A stretch of 64,000 bases of DNA. It comes from Candidatus Poribacteria bacterium. Lineage in GTDB: Bacteria > Poribacteria > WGA-4E > WGA-3G. The translations under genes and the position numbers were made by a program. This document shows positions 30,821-40,751 of the stretch, piece by piece (position 1 is the stretch's first letter; each line of letters begins with the position of its first letter). The notes under the pieces are model-generated. The model was given only the letters and a program-made list of their open reading frames with translations, made no database searches and had not been told where the DNA came from. Location of the stretch: the NCBI GenBank assembly GCA_022394755.1, contig JAGFCA010000005.1, forward strand, positions 94,313 through 158,312, in the 5' to 3' direction.

Positions 30821-30842
30821 TGTAGAGGATGGCTTCTCTACA
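30821..30842 (+). terminator. Weak hairpin immediately after the ffh stop
   Basis: tgtagag(gatggctt)ctctaca, a 7-bp stem. No U-tract follows. Confidence 0.2.
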
Positions 30843-30888
30843 GTTATAAGAATGAATTAATTTGAATTGATATACCTGGAGGTATTTT

Positions 30889-31260
30889 TTGGCAGTTAAA
30901 ATTAGATTACAACGACATGGCAGAAAGAAACGTCCGTTTTATAGACTCGTTGCTGCTGATGTTAGAGCATCACGAGATGGTGTGTTTTTAGAACGGTTGG
31001 GACATTATAACCCATTAACCGATCCTGCTGATGTTGTTATAGACGAGGAAAAAGCACTAAAATGGCTTAGAAATGGCGCACAACCAACAGATACAGCAAA
31101 AAGGTTATTGTCTCAGAGTGGTATTTGGAAGAAATTTACTTATGAAAAACTTGGACAAACGTTACCTGAAGATGAGACAGCAGCAGTAGAAGAAATTAAT
31201 AATGATGAAACAGTTGAATCTGAGAATGAAGATACAACTGATGTTAATGAAGAAGAATAA
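30889..31260 (+). CDS. rpsP: 30S ribosomal protein S16 with an acidic C-terminal extension
   Basis: [42 protein letters not shown] is a classic S16 sequence. TTG start with GGAGGT RBS. Confidence 0.9.
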   Translation: MAVKIRLQRHGRKKRPFYRLVAADVRASRDGVFLERLGHYNPLTDPADVVIDEEKALKWLRNGAQPTDTAKRLLSQSGIWKKFTYEKLGQTLPEDETAAVEEINNDETVESENEDTTDVNEEE

Positions 31261-31390
31261 ACAAATACGACATCTATAAGATTTCTGAATTCCTTGCTTG
31301 TTGCTTAGACTGCTGGGTTTCACCTGCTTTTACCTGTTAAGTGTATAAAATTCCTATACTGATTCACTTTTACATTCCACAAAGTATCTT

Positions 31391-31648
31391 ATGTTCAAAG
31401 ATCTTATTGAATACATCGTAAAAGCTTTAGTAGATAACCCTGAAAATGTGGAAGTGCGCGAAGTGACTGGGGAAAAGGTTGTAATTGTTGAATTAAGGGT
31501 GCCTGAATCTGAATTAGGCAAGATTATTGGCAGATATGGCAGAACCCTAAAAGCAATTAGAAGTATCCTATACACTGCTGGATTAAAAGCAAACAAGAAG
31601 GTAATTCTTGAACTAATTGATGAGTCAAGATCCGGAGAAAACGAATAA
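31391..31648 (+). CDS. KH-domain RNA-binding protein (YlqC/UPF0109 family)
   Basis: 85 aa. ...VVIVELRVPESELGKIIGRYGRTLKAIRSIL... (GxxG KH motif). Confidence 0.75.
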   Translation: MFKDLIEYIVKALVDNPENVEVREVTGEKVVIVELRVPESELGKIIGRYGRTLKAIRSILYTAGLKANKKVILELIDESRSGENE

Positions 31649-31660
31649 CAGGATAGCGTA

Positions 31661-32386
31661 ATGAAAATGGATGTACTTACGCTATTCCCAGAGATAATCA
31701 CACCTGCACTTCAAACCGGTATTCTAAAACGTATCCAAGAGTCTGGAGAACTTGTCGCAAACATATACAATATAAGAGATTGGACAACGGATCGGCACAA
31801 AACTGTTGATGATTATCCTTATGGTGGCGGCGCAGGTATGATCCTCAAACCTGAACCTATTTTTTCTGCTGTTTCTGCCATGGAACCCACTGAGGATACT
31901 GATATTATCTATCTAACGCCTCAAGGTATTCCGTTGACTCAACCTATTGTAGAAGAATTGTCTCTAAAACCACATCTGATTTTCATCTGTGGACGTTATA
32001 AAGGTATAGATGAACGGGTACGAGAGAAAATTGTCACAAAAGAAATATCAATCGGCGACTTTGTACTGAGTGGTGGAGAAATAGCAGCTCTGGTTCTTAT
32101 TGATGCTATCGGTCGTGTATTACCTGGTGCTTTAGGCGATTTTGAATCTGCACATGAAGATTCTTTCAGTAAGGATTTTCTTGATCACCCACACTACACT
32201 CGACCAGTTGAATTTGAAGGGATGAAAGTTCCCGAGGTCTTATTAAGTGGGCATCATGAGAACATCAAAAAATGGCGTTTTTCTCAGTCATTAAAAAGAA
32301 CTGCTGAGCGACGGCCAGATATTTTAGAAAACCTTGAATTGACTGATGAAGAGGTTGATATCCTTAAGGATTTTGATAAAAACTAA
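31661..32386 (+). CDS. trmD: tRNA (guanine37-N1)-methyltransferase TrmD
   Basis: MKMDVLTLFPE... is a typical TrmD N-terminus. ...GRYKGIDERV... and SIGDFVLSGGE SPOUT motifs. 241 aa. Confidence 0.9.
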   Translation: MKMDVLTLFPEIITPALQTGILKRIQESGELVANIYNIRDWTTDRHKTVDDYPYGGGAGMILKPEPIFSAVSAMEPTEDTDIIYLTPQGIPLTQPIVEELSLKPHLIFICGRYKGIDERVREKIVTKEISIGDFVLSGGEIAALVLIDAIGRVLPGALGDFESAHEDSFSKDFLDHPHYTRPVEFEGMKVPEVLLSGHHENIKKWRFSQSLKRTAERRPDILENLELTDEEVDILKDFDKN

Positions 32387-32461
32387 ATACATTCATGGAT
32401 ATGGTCCTTAGAAACCCTATCACAGTCTTGAAATCAATTAAATTGAAAGGAGGAAAGAACA

Positions 32462-32806
32462 ATGAATTTGATTCAGTCCGTAGAAAACCAACACGTAAAA
32501 GATAATATTCCAGATTTTGGTCCAGGGGACATCGTTCGAGTTAATACTCGAATCCGAGAAGGACAAAAAGAGCGAATTCAAGCTTATGAAGGAACAGTAA
32601 TTCGTCGGGCACATAGTGGTACTCGCGCATCTTTTACTGTTCGAAGAGTCGCTTTCGGAACAGGGAGTGAAAGAACTTTTCCATTACATTCACCGAATAT
32701 TGAAAGTATCAGTGTAGTTAGGTATGGTGCTGTTCGCCGTGCAAAATTATACTATCTAAGAAATCGTACAGGAAGGTCTGCCCGCGTCAAAGAAGAAAGA
32801 AGATAA
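32462..32806 (+). CDS. rplS: 50S ribosomal protein L19
   Basis: ...DFGPGDIVRVNTRIREGQKERIQAYEGTVIRR... is a typical L19 sequence. 114 aa. Confidence 0.9.
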   Translation: MNLIQSVENQHVKDNIPDFGPGDIVRVNTRIREGQKERIQAYEGTVIRRAHSGTRASFTVRRVAFGTGSERTFPLHSPNIESISVVRYGAVRRAKLYYLRNRTGRSARVKEERR

Positions 32807-32821
32807 TTGTCTGGTGGATGA

Positions 32822-33412
32822 ATGTATTCATACGAACGTGCATCCCTAAAAAAAGGCTATAAGGATATTGCTGGAATTGATGAAGCAGGAAGAGGTGCGT
32901 TAGCTGGTCCAGTGGTTGCTGCAGCTGTTATATTACCTATTGAATGTACTATTGAAGGGTTGAAAGACTCAAAACAATTGACTTCTAAACAGCGAGAACT
33001 TCTGGTAGATGTAATACAATCAAAAGCAATTTCGGTGGGTGTTGGCATAATAGATAATTATATTATTGACAAGATAAATATCTTGCAAGCAACACTTCAA
33101 GCGATGAATAAGGCAGTAGAACAACTTGATCAACAACCCGAATATCTTCTTGTTGATGGTTCAAAAATGCCAGATACCCATATTTCAGGGGAAGCAATTC
33201 CAAAGGGTGATAACCTAAGTATTTCAATAGCAGCTGCATCTGTTATAGCGAAAACAACTCGTGATAGACTCATGATTGAGTATGATACGACATATCCGGA
33301 ATATAGTTTCCCAAAACATAAAGGATACCCAACAGTACTTCACAGACGTGCAATTGCCAAGTTCGGTCCAACAGAAATTCACAGAAAAACATTCAAATTA
33401 TATGTAGAATAA
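32822..33412 (+). CDS. rnhB: Ribonuclease HII
   Basis: GIDEAGRGALAGPVVAAAVIL... is a conserved RNase HII motif. 196 aa. In the conserved rplS-rnhB position. Confidence 0.85.
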   Translation: MYSYERASLKKGYKDIAGIDEAGRGALAGPVVAAAVILPIECTIEGLKDSKQLTSKQRELLVDVIQSKAISVGVGIIDNYIIDKINILQATLQAMNKAVEQLDQQPEYLLVDGSKMPDTHISGEAIPKGDNLSISIAAASVIAKTTRDRLMIEYDTTYPEYSFPKHKGYPTVLHRRAIAKFGPTEIHRKTFKLYVE

Positions 33413-33844
33413 TTGTATAATACCGAATGTAATCTCTATGATTTAGGATTATGGATGTCTCGTTCATTACAAAATGTTGCCAAAATAGGTGAAAAACTTG
33501 CTGTAGAACATCTAAAGACACAAGGATATCAGATACTTGCCGAGAATTATCGCTACCAACGTGGAGAAATTGATATAATTTCTAAGCATGAAGAACGGAT
33601 AGTATTTGTTGAGGTTAAGACACGGCGAAGTTTAAAATATGGAGTACCACAAGCCGCTGTGACAGAACAAAAACAACGACAAATTTCAAAAATTGCTTTA
33701 GCATACTTACAAACACATCATCTAATAGATTCTCCTTGCCGTTTTGATGTTATTGCGATACACTTAACTCGAGACCTTAAACTGATTAATCTTAAACAGA
33801 TTAAAAGTGCATTTGAATTTATCCCTGAAACTAACCTCATATAG
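33413..33844 (+). CDS. YraN-family (UPF0102) endonuclease-like protein
   Basis: ...GEKLAVEHLKTQGYQILAENYRYQRGEIDIIS...VFVEVKTR... is the YraN signature. The true start may be the internal ATG (MSRSLQ...). Confidence 0.7.
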   Translation: MYNTECNLYDLGLWMSRSLQNVAKIGEKLAVEHLKTQGYQILAENYRYQRGEIDIISKHEERIVFVEVKTRRSLKYGVPQAAVTEQKQRQISKIALAYLQTHHLIDSPCRFDVIAIHLTRDLKLINLKQIKSAFEFIPETNLI

Positions 33845-33876
33845 TGTGGTTGATCTTATTATTGTTATTGTAGAAT

Positions 33877-33928
33877 GTTGACCATTCAGATTTCTGCAGA
33901 ACTGAATGGTCGTGTTGGTCAACTTTTT
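33877..33928 (+). terminator. Rho-independent terminator-like structure after yraN
   Basis: 10-bp perfect stem gaccattcag/ctgaatggtc (33880-33911) with an alternative outer pairing gttgacc/ggtcaac. Followed by TTTTT at 33924-33928. Confidence 0.45.
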
Positions 33929-33998
33929 GTACCTAATACACAATTCTGCATTGCCCAATTGAAGACTACCACACTATTCTCTATCAAGGAATTCGACG

Positions 33999-34682
33999 AT
34001 GCAAGCGATAATCCTTTGTGGAGGACTCTCAACAAGACTGGGTAAAACTACAGAAAAAATACCTAAAATACTTTTAACAATTGGAAACCGAACTGTATTA
34101 AACTGCCAGATTGATCTTTTATCAAAGGCTGGTGTTAGTGAAGTCATCCTTGCTTCTGGACATTTACATGATGTGATTTATTCACAGGTTGGGGAGGATA
34201 TGGATGGTGTAAAAATTCGGTATGCGAAAGAAGAAAAGCCGCTTGGTACTGGGGGTGCTATTCAAAACGCATTTCAATTTGTTGATGAATTCCCGGTGTT
34301 TGTTCTCCACGGTGATATCCTATTAAAAGGTTTTTCGCTAACTGATATGCTATCCCACCTACGTCAAGAGATGGAAGGATTATTACTCGGTGTCTCTGTT
34401 TCAGACCTCTCATCCTATGGAGAAATCGTTGCCGACAATGATGGACGTATAACCCAATTTCGCGAAAAACAGAATGTGCGTCGTCCCGGTTGTGCAAATG
34501 GTGCAATATTCCTGTTTAATCATAGAATTACGGATGCATTTCCGGATAAAGAAGTATTCTCAATTGAACGCGATGTTTTTCCAAAACTACAAAACCTCTA
34601 TGTCCACAAAGTAGATTCTGAATGGATTGATATAGGGGTACCTGAAAGACTTGAGTATGCACGCAAACATTTCATAGAATAA
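33999..34682 (+). CDS. Sugar-phosphate nucleotidyltransferase (NTP-transferase domain protein)
   Basis: MQAIILCGGLSTRLG... (GGxGTRL-type motif) and ...KPLGTGGAI... 227 aa. Confidence 0.65.
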   Translation: MQAIILCGGLSTRLGKTTEKIPKILLTIGNRTVLNCQIDLLSKAGVSEVILASGHLHDVIYSQVGEDMDGVKIRYAKEEKPLGTGGAIQNAFQFVDEFPVFVLHGDILLKGFSLTDMLSHLRQEMEGLLLGVSVSDLSSYGEIVADNDGRITQFREKQNVRRPGCANGAIFLFNHRITDAFPDKEVFSIERDVFPKLQNLYVHKVDSEWIDIGVPERLEYARKHFIE

Positions 34683-34754
34683 CATTTGATGTTAGGGATT
34701 ACTCCGAAAATTTAATAATCTGTAATGTAATTAAATTTGAACTATTTTTCATAA

Positions 34755-35594
34755 TTGGAGATTCGTATGCCTGTATTAAGTAAAGAAGATCTTGATTTTT
34801 GGGAAGAAAATGGTTACGTTGTGGTACGAGAAGCAGTGCCACTTGAGAATTGTCACGCCGCTGAACAAGCAGTATGGGATTTCCTTGAAATGGACCGTGA
34901 GAATACTGATAGTTGGTATCCAGATCCACCACGTAGAAGTATTATGGTGGAGATTTACCAACATCAAGCATTATGGGATAATCGTCAATTTCCCCGTGTT
35001 CATCAGGCATTTTCAGAGATCTGGGGAACTGAAAAACTCTTAGTCAGTTTTGACAGGGCAAGTATGAATCCACCTGAGCGAGATGACTGGAAGTTTACTG
35101 GACCCTTTTTACATTGGGATATGTCCTTAGACAACATGCCTGTAACTCTGAAAGTACAAGGAGTCTTATATCTCGCGGATACCCCCGGCAATCAAGGAGC
35201 TTTTACCTGTGTTCCAGGTTTTCATCATACACTGGAGGATTGGCTGAAGGGTATTCCTTCAGACGCTAACCCACAACACATTGTCCGAGAACAATTTCAG
35301 GATAAAGCAGTACCAGTTGAAGGTAAGGCTGGCGACCTGGTTATATGGCATAGCGCATTACCACATGGAAGTAGTCCAAATTCAGCAGTACGTCCACGAA
35401 TGGCACAGTACATAACTATGTCCCCTGCTCCAAATGAAGGTAAAGATACCCATCAAGAAAGAGTTGAGGGATGGCGTGAACGATTGACAGGTCTTGGAAA
35501 AAAACAGAAGGAAAAAGAGCACAACGAAGGCACAACTGCAGTTTTGACCCCTTTAGGTAAGAAACTTCTTGGACTCGAACCGTGGGTAGCCTAA
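34755..35594 (+). CDS. Phytanoyl-CoA dioxygenase (PhyH) family Fe(II)/2-oxoglutarate oxygenase
   Basis: ...LHWDMS... and ...DLVIWHSALPHGSSPN... His/Asp facial-triad context. 279 aa. Confidence 0.65.
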   Translation: MEIRMPVLSKEDLDFWEENGYVVVREAVPLENCHAAEQAVWDFLEMDRENTDSWYPDPPRRSIMVEIYQHQALWDNRQFPRVHQAFSEIWGTEKLLVSFDRASMNPPERDDWKFTGPFLHWDMSLDNMPVTLKVQGVLYLADTPGNQGAFTCVPGFHHTLEDWLKGIPSDANPQHIVREQFQDKAVPVEGKAGDLVIWHSALPHGSSPNSAVRPRMAQYITMSPAPNEGKDTHQERVEGWRERLTGLGKKQKEKEHNEGTTAVLTPLGKKLLGLEPWVA

Positions 35595-35611
35595 TCTATA
35601 TTAAAGTATCA

Positions 35612-35637
35612 GGCGGGTTGATAACCCGCCTTTTTTA
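35612..35637 (+). terminator. Rho-independent terminator
   Basis: GGCGGGTT(gat)AACCCGCC, an 8-bp GC-rich stem, followed by TTTTTT. Confidence 0.7.
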
Positions 35638-35679
35638 TTGCAGTTTACTTATAGTTCATGGTGTAATTTATCTATAGAT

Positions 35680-35717
35680 TTCCTCCTGTATGTACTATTT
35701 CCTCCTGTATGTACTAT
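35680..35717. repeat. Perfect 19-bp tandem duplication (TTCCTCCTGTATGTACTAT x2) upstream of cydA
   Basis: Read directly from the sequence. Sits about 120 bp upstream of the cydA start and just after the PhyH terminator. Confidence 0.8.
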
Positions 35718-35836
35718 ATGTTGCAAATTATCAGTAGAGTTGGTTTGTCCTATATTTAAATACAAGATCGAGAATCTTTTCCAAATGCTCTATTTTCAAG
35801 TATTTAATATGAAGTATAAAATTCGATAGGTAGAAT

Positions 35837-37126
35837 ATGGAAGATCTATTAGTAGCACGTTTTCAAATGGCTATGTCACTCGGTTTTCATATTATCTTTG
35901 CCTGTGTTGGCATTGCTATGCCTCTGCTTATGGTAATCGCTGAAGGGATGTGGTTGAAAACTGGTGATAATACATATCTTACCTTAGCCAAACGTTGGTC
36001 CAAAGGCACAGCAATAATGTTTGCTGTAGGGGCAGTATCTGGTACAGTACTTTCCTTTGAATTAGGTTTACTGTGGCCTACCTTTATGGCATACGCCGGT
36101 CCAATCATAGGTATGCCATTCTCACTTGAAGGATTGGCATTCTTCATAGAAGCTATTTTTCTTGGGATTTACTTATATGGGTGGGAACGTGTACCGCGAA
36201 AAATTCATTGGATGTCTGGCATTATGGTTTTATTAGGTGGAACATTTTCTGGTATATTCGTTGTTACTGCTAACGCTTGGATGAATACTCCAGTTGGATT
36301 TTCAATCGTAGATGGGAAGGTAACAGACATTGACCCTATTGCAGCAATGTTGAATCCTTCTTCATTCACACAAGCACTCCATATGACACTTGCAGCATTC
36401 ATGGCGGTTGCATTTGCAGTAGCAGGTATACACGCATATTTTCTAAGACGTGAACCTCAAAATCAGTTTCATCGTAAAGCTTTTGCAATTGCTCTGTGCG
36501 TGGGAGCCATAGTATCAATTCTTCAGCCGATTTCAGGTGACATTAGTGCAAAACGTCTCGCAAAATATCAACCAATCAAACTTGCTGCAATGGAAGGACA
36601 GTGGGAAACAGTACGTGGAGCACCACTTCGGATAGGGGGTATACCTGATGAAGATAATGAAGTGACAAGATATGCTTTAGAAATTCCAAAAGCATTGAGT
36701 TTTCTTGCAAACTTTGATCCAAATTCTGAAATTATGGGTCTCAAAGATGTTCCAAGAGAAAATCGACCACCAGTAGCAATTGTCCATTTTGCATTTCAGA
36801 TTATGGTGGCATGTGGAATCGTTATGATTGTTGCTGGCATTCTGGGTGGATGGTTAGCATGGAGAAAAAAAGGAATTCCAACCCAAGAATGGTATCTCAA
36901 ATTCATTACAATATGTTCACCACTCGGTTTCATTGCAATAGAAGCTGGTTGGACGGTTACTGAGGTCGGTAGACAGCCGTGGATAATATACAACATTATG
37001 AAAACCAAGGATGCTGTTACATCCATGCCGAACCTTATTATACCTTTCATCGGTTTCACCATACTCTATCTTTTCCTATCCGTTGTCGTTGTGATACTCT
37101 TACGCCGTCAGATATTCTATGAATGA
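35837..37126 (+). CDS. cydA: Cytochrome bd-type quinol oxidase subunit I
   Basis: ...ARFQMAMSLGFHIIFACVGIAMPLL... is a conserved CydA N-terminus. Polytopic. 429 aa (short Q-loop type). Confidence 0.9.
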   Translation: MEDLLVARFQMAMSLGFHIIFACVGIAMPLLMVIAEGMWLKTGDNTYLTLAKRWSKGTAIMFAVGAVSGTVLSFELGLLWPTFMAYAGPIIGMPFSLEGLAFFIEAIFLGIYLYGWERVPRKIHWMSGIMVLLGGTFSGIFVVTANAWMNTPVGFSIVDGKVTDIDPIAAMLNPSSFTQALHMTLAAFMAVAFAVAGIHAYFLRREPQNQFHRKAFAIALCVGAIVSILQPISGDISAKRLAKYQPIKLAAMEGQWETVRGAPLRIGGIPDEDNEVTRYALEIPKALSFLANFDPNSEIMGLKDVPRENRPPVAIVHFAFQIMVACGIVMIVAGILGGWLAWRKKGIPTQEWYLKFITICSPLGFIAIEAGWTVTEVGRQPWIIYNIMKTKDAVTSMPNLIIPFIGFTILYLFLSVVVVILLRRQIFYE

Positions 37127-37410
37127 ATCATCTAACTATTTATGTATTGCAATTATTGATTAACTGTAATGGTAAAGTGTCTATGATTATTGGGGTGTGT
37201 ATTACAGTTTTCAAAAATTCTACTCATATAGACTTGGCAGGTTCGGTTTCCTAACCGTACCATTGCGGCAATTCAATTAAAAAAATGATGTATACTAAGC
37301 CGATAGGTTCAGTCTATATGGCAACACCCTTAGACGTTTGAAGTGCCACCGTTTTTTCTGATTCGAATACAAAATTTGCCTAATCAAACTAACGTTAGAA
37401 GTCGGGTATT

Positions 37411-38424
37411 ATGATTGGTCTTGAAGTCTACCTCGCAGTTATTATGTTGATCTCACTTATCCTATATATGCTTACCGGAGGTGCCGACTTCGGTGGAGGA
37501 GTATGGGACCTATTTGCAATTGGACCACGAGCCAAAACGCAACGTGATATCATACATCATGCACTTGCTCCAATTTGGGAAGCAAACCATGTATGGCTCA
37601 TTGTAATAGTAGTGCTGCTTTTTGTGGCGTTTCCTGTTGCATTTGCTACTATTGGAACTGCATTACATATACCCTTAACACTCATGTTGATTGGGATCGT
37701 CTTACGTGGCACAGCATTTGTATTTCGAACATACGATGATCAATCAGAGAGAGTTCATCTTAGGTGGAGTCGACTCTTTGCAATCGCAAGCATTATTACT
37801 CCAATCATGTTAGGTATTGCTTTAGGAGCGATTGCTTCAGGGACAATAAACGCCGATCCAGAAACAGCTATAGTAGATACAGACTTTGTTTCATCATGGT
37901 TAAAACCATTTCCGTTTGCAATAGGTCTATTTACTCTAACAATCTGTGCTATGCTTGCTGCGGTATATCTTACACTGGAAACCGATGATGTCGCGATTCA
38001 AGAGGATTTCCGGCTACGAGCACTTATAGCAACTATTAGTGTAGGTGTCATGGCATGTATTAGCTTTCTACTTTCAACTAATGGTGCCCCGGCAATAAGA
38101 GCAGGATTGGGAAATAGTTATTGGTCAATACCATTTCATATAGTTACTGGTCTAATCGCTATTCTTGGTATCTGGTCTATTTGGAGTCGGCAATTCAAAC
38201 TTGCTCGGATTGTAATTCCTATACAGGTAACACTTATAATACTTGGATGGGGATTTGCACAATATCCTAACCTTGTAGCACCCAATCTAACGTTTTCTAA
38301 TACTGCAGCCCCTGATTCTGTACTAAAACCGGTATTAATAATAATTCTTTGTGGTGGGATTCTCTTAATTCCTGCTTTCTGGTATCTATATAAGGTATTT
38401 AAAGGCAGATCCTTAACCGAATAG
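37411..38424 (+). CDS. cydB: Cytochrome bd-type quinol oxidase subunit II
   Basis: ...LTGGADFGGGVWDL... is the CydB signature. 337 aa. Polytopic. Confidence 0.85.
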   Translation: MIGLEVYLAVIMLISLILYMLTGGADFGGGVWDLFAIGPRAKTQRDIIHHALAPIWEANHVWLIVIVVLLFVAFPVAFATIGTALHIPLTLMLIGIVLRGTAFVFRTYDDQSERVHLRWSRLFAIASIITPIMLGIALGAIASGTINADPETAIVDTDFVSSWLKPFPFAIGLFTLTICAMLAAVYLTLETDDVAIQEDFRLRALIATISVGVMACISFLLSTNGAPAIRAGLGNSYWSIPFHIVTGLIAILGIWSIWSRQFKLARIVIPIQVTLIILGWGFAQYPNLVAPNLTFSNTAAPDSVLKPVLIIILCGGILLIPAFWYLYKVFKGRSLTE

Positions 38425-38536
38425 TATTTCGCTGTTATCCTCCAGATACAATTCTTCTGTTTCAAATACTAAACCATTTTTGATAATTATAGTCTCTATA
38501 ATGTAGAATAATCTGCCATTTTGAACAGTTTTTCAA

Positions 38537-40573
38537 GTGAGATTTTACAAATCCCCATGCCATCTCCACCATAACTCATCATTGAAACATAGGTTCGAGC
38601 CACTCTTGAAACAGATAAAACAATTCCTAATTCTACCAGTAGCAGTTCTCCTTAGTTTATTCATACTACTCGAAGTTAACTACCCTAACCTAAGACCTCA
38701 ATCTGCACTATCACTGTTTGCCATGTTGGGTCTAATTGTTGTATTCCTGAAATACCCAATACATAAAAAATTGGAGAATAAACCTATACTGTTTATCCTT
38801 GATTATGTATTCGTAGGATTGGTAATTGTTTGCTTCGGTTATGTTATCGTTCAGACTGAACCCATTTTCAAAAAGTTATGGTTGAATGGAAAATATCTTG
38901 GCGATCGAGTTTCTCAGGAACACCCTATTGACTTTGTAGTAGGGGGTGTAGGGATTCTATTAATCCTTGAAGCCACACGTCGTTCCGTTGGAATCACTCT
39001 TGTCATTCTCTCTTCTGTATTTCTCGCCTATGCGGGATTTGGTCAGTATATGCCAGACTGGTTGTTTCCGCATCGTGGATTCTCACTACAACGAATTATC
39101 AGTCATACTTTCCTTCATGCTGGTACATTCGGTATAGCACTCCGAGTAATGTTTACCTATGTATTCCTATTCGTACTTTTTGGTGCATTTCTGGAACGTA
39201 CTGGGGCAACAAATTACATCCTAAACCTTGTTAGACGGATATTCGGTAATAGTGTCGGAAGTCCTGCAAAGGTTGCTGTCATTGCAAGTGGACTGATGGG
39301 GTCACTCTCAGGTTCAGCAGTTGCCAATACAGCGACTACTGGAACATTCACTATTCCACTGATGCGAGGTGTAGGTTTTAAACCTCAAATTGCTGGCGGT
39401 GTCGAAGCTGCAGCAAGTTCAGGTGGAGCATTAGTTCCTCCGATAATGGGAGCTGGCGCCTATATGATGTTGGAAATTGTGGAACCATCTGTCACATATC
39501 TGCAAATTATCAGGGCTGCCCTACTACCCGCTATCCTATATTATACCGCTCTGTTGCTAATTGTACATTTCTATTCAAAACAGATTAGCAAACAACCAAC
39601 TGATACAAAACAACCCGATAACGAGACTGAGGTACAAATACAATCTGAACCGCAAAGTGATAAACTTCCATTGATGCAGGGAATTGTCTTCATCGGTGCA
39701 TTTCTTACATTAATCGTGTTTCTATTATTAGGTTCTACACCGTTTCGTGCTGTTAGTTGGAGTATGCTTGTTGTTTTGGTTCTCAGTTTATTCGAAAAGC
39801 AAACAAGATTAGGTATAACAGGAATTATAAAAAGTATGGAAGGTGCTGCACATAGTGGTGTATCCCTTATAGCTGCTGCATCGTGTGTTGGGATAATCTT
39901 AGGCGTTGTAACACTTACGGGGGTTGGTTCGAAGTTACCTGCTACTATATTTCCATTAGCACAAACTAATCTAATTTTAGCACTGTTGCTGCTTATGGTA
40001 TCAACTATTATATTAGGTATGGGGTTACCATCATCAGTTTGTTATCTACTGATGGCTATATTATTAGGTCCGGTGCTCGTAGATTTGGGTGTTGTGCCTC
40101 TGGCAGCACATTTCTTCATTTTCTATTTTGGTATGATGTCAATGGTAACACCCCCTGTTGCTCTGGCTGCTTATACTGCAGCTGCTATTGCAGATGCTGG
40201 AATCATGAAAACAGCATTCGCAGCTTTTCGTTTCGCAATCGTTGGGTTTGCACTCCCTTATGCTTTCGTCCTACGACCAGAATTGCTTTGGTTAAATTCT
40301 GACGGTGGTAATCCTGAAATATGGATGCTTCTAATTAATCTCTCTTTGACATTATTGGGAACAATTATTTTCGCTGCCTCTATATCTGGATATGTATACA
40401 CCAGATTCTCTCTATGGGAACGTGCAATTATGTTGGTTTCAGCTATTTTTCTATTTTTTACACCGATAGAACTAAGTGTAATTTGGATTCATGTTATAGC
40501 AATACTTGCAAGTGCTGGTATCATTTACTATAATAGAGATAAGGGGAGGAGAATTAATGAAGTATACAGTTAA
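38537..40573 (+). CDS. TRAP transporter fused permease (DctQ-like plus DctM-like; the type that partners TAXI receptors)
   Basis: 678 aa. Many TM helices with a DctM-like core. The cognate TAXI receptor gene lies about 19 kb upstream (18353-19333). Start codon uncertain. Confidence 0.65.
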   Translation: MRFYKSPCHLHHNSSLKHRFEPLLKQIKQFLILPVAVLLSLFILLEVNYPNLRPQSALSLFAMLGLIVVFLKYPIHKKLENKPILFILDYVFVGLVIVCFGYVIVQTEPIFKKLWLNGKYLGDRVSQEHPIDFVVGGVGILLILEATRRSVGITLVILSSVFLAYAGFGQYMPDWLFPHRGFSLQRIISHTFLHAGTFGIALRVMFTYVFLFVLFGAFLERTGATNYILNLVRRIFGNSVGSPAKVAVIASGLMGSLSGSAVANTATTGTFTIPLMRGVGFKPQIAGGVEAAASSGGALVPPIMGAGAYMMLEIVEPSVTYLQIIRAALLPAILYYTALLLIVHFYSKQISKQPTDTKQPDNETEVQIQSEPQSDKLPLMQGIVFIGAFLTLIVFLLLGSTPFRAVSWSMLVVLVLSLFEKQTRLGITGIIKSMEGAAHSGVSLIAAASCVGIILGVVTLTGVGSKLPATIFPLAQTNLILALLLLMVSTIILGMGLPSSVCYLLMAILLGPVLVDLGVVPLAAHFFIFYFGMMSMVTPPVALAAYTAAAIADAGIMKTAFAAFRFAIVGFALPYAFVLRPELLWLNSDGGNPEIWMLLINLSLTLLGTIIFAASISGYVYTRFSLWERAIMLVSAIFLFFTPIELSVIWIHVIAILASAGIIYYNRDKGRRINEVYS

Positions 40574-40751
40574 ATGGATTCTATATAGCTTAATTATCCT
40601 ATTCTTAATTCTTCATAATGATTTTTGGTTGTGGAAGTCCTCCCAGATCGTCATAGGATTACCAATCGGTCTACTTTACCATATACTTTTCTGTCTCGGA
40701 ACATCCTTGCTTATGCTTTTTCTTGTGAAATATGCATGGAGAGAGAAATGA
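40557..40751 (+). CDS. Small 2-TM membrane protein (DUF3311-like) translationally coupled to the SSS transporter
   Basis: ATG at 40557 with AAGGGGAGGA RBS. Its stop overlaps the transporter start as ATGA (40748-40751). Confidence 0.5.
   Translation: MKYTVKWILYSLIILFLILHNDFWLWKSSQIVIGLPIGLLYHILFCLGTSLLMLFLVKYAWREK

Noticed and set aside
31354-31701. 115-codon minus-strand ORF overlapping the KH-domain gene
   Set aside because: It is fully antisense to the conserved KH protein and the trmD start, with a low-complexity translation. It is spurious.
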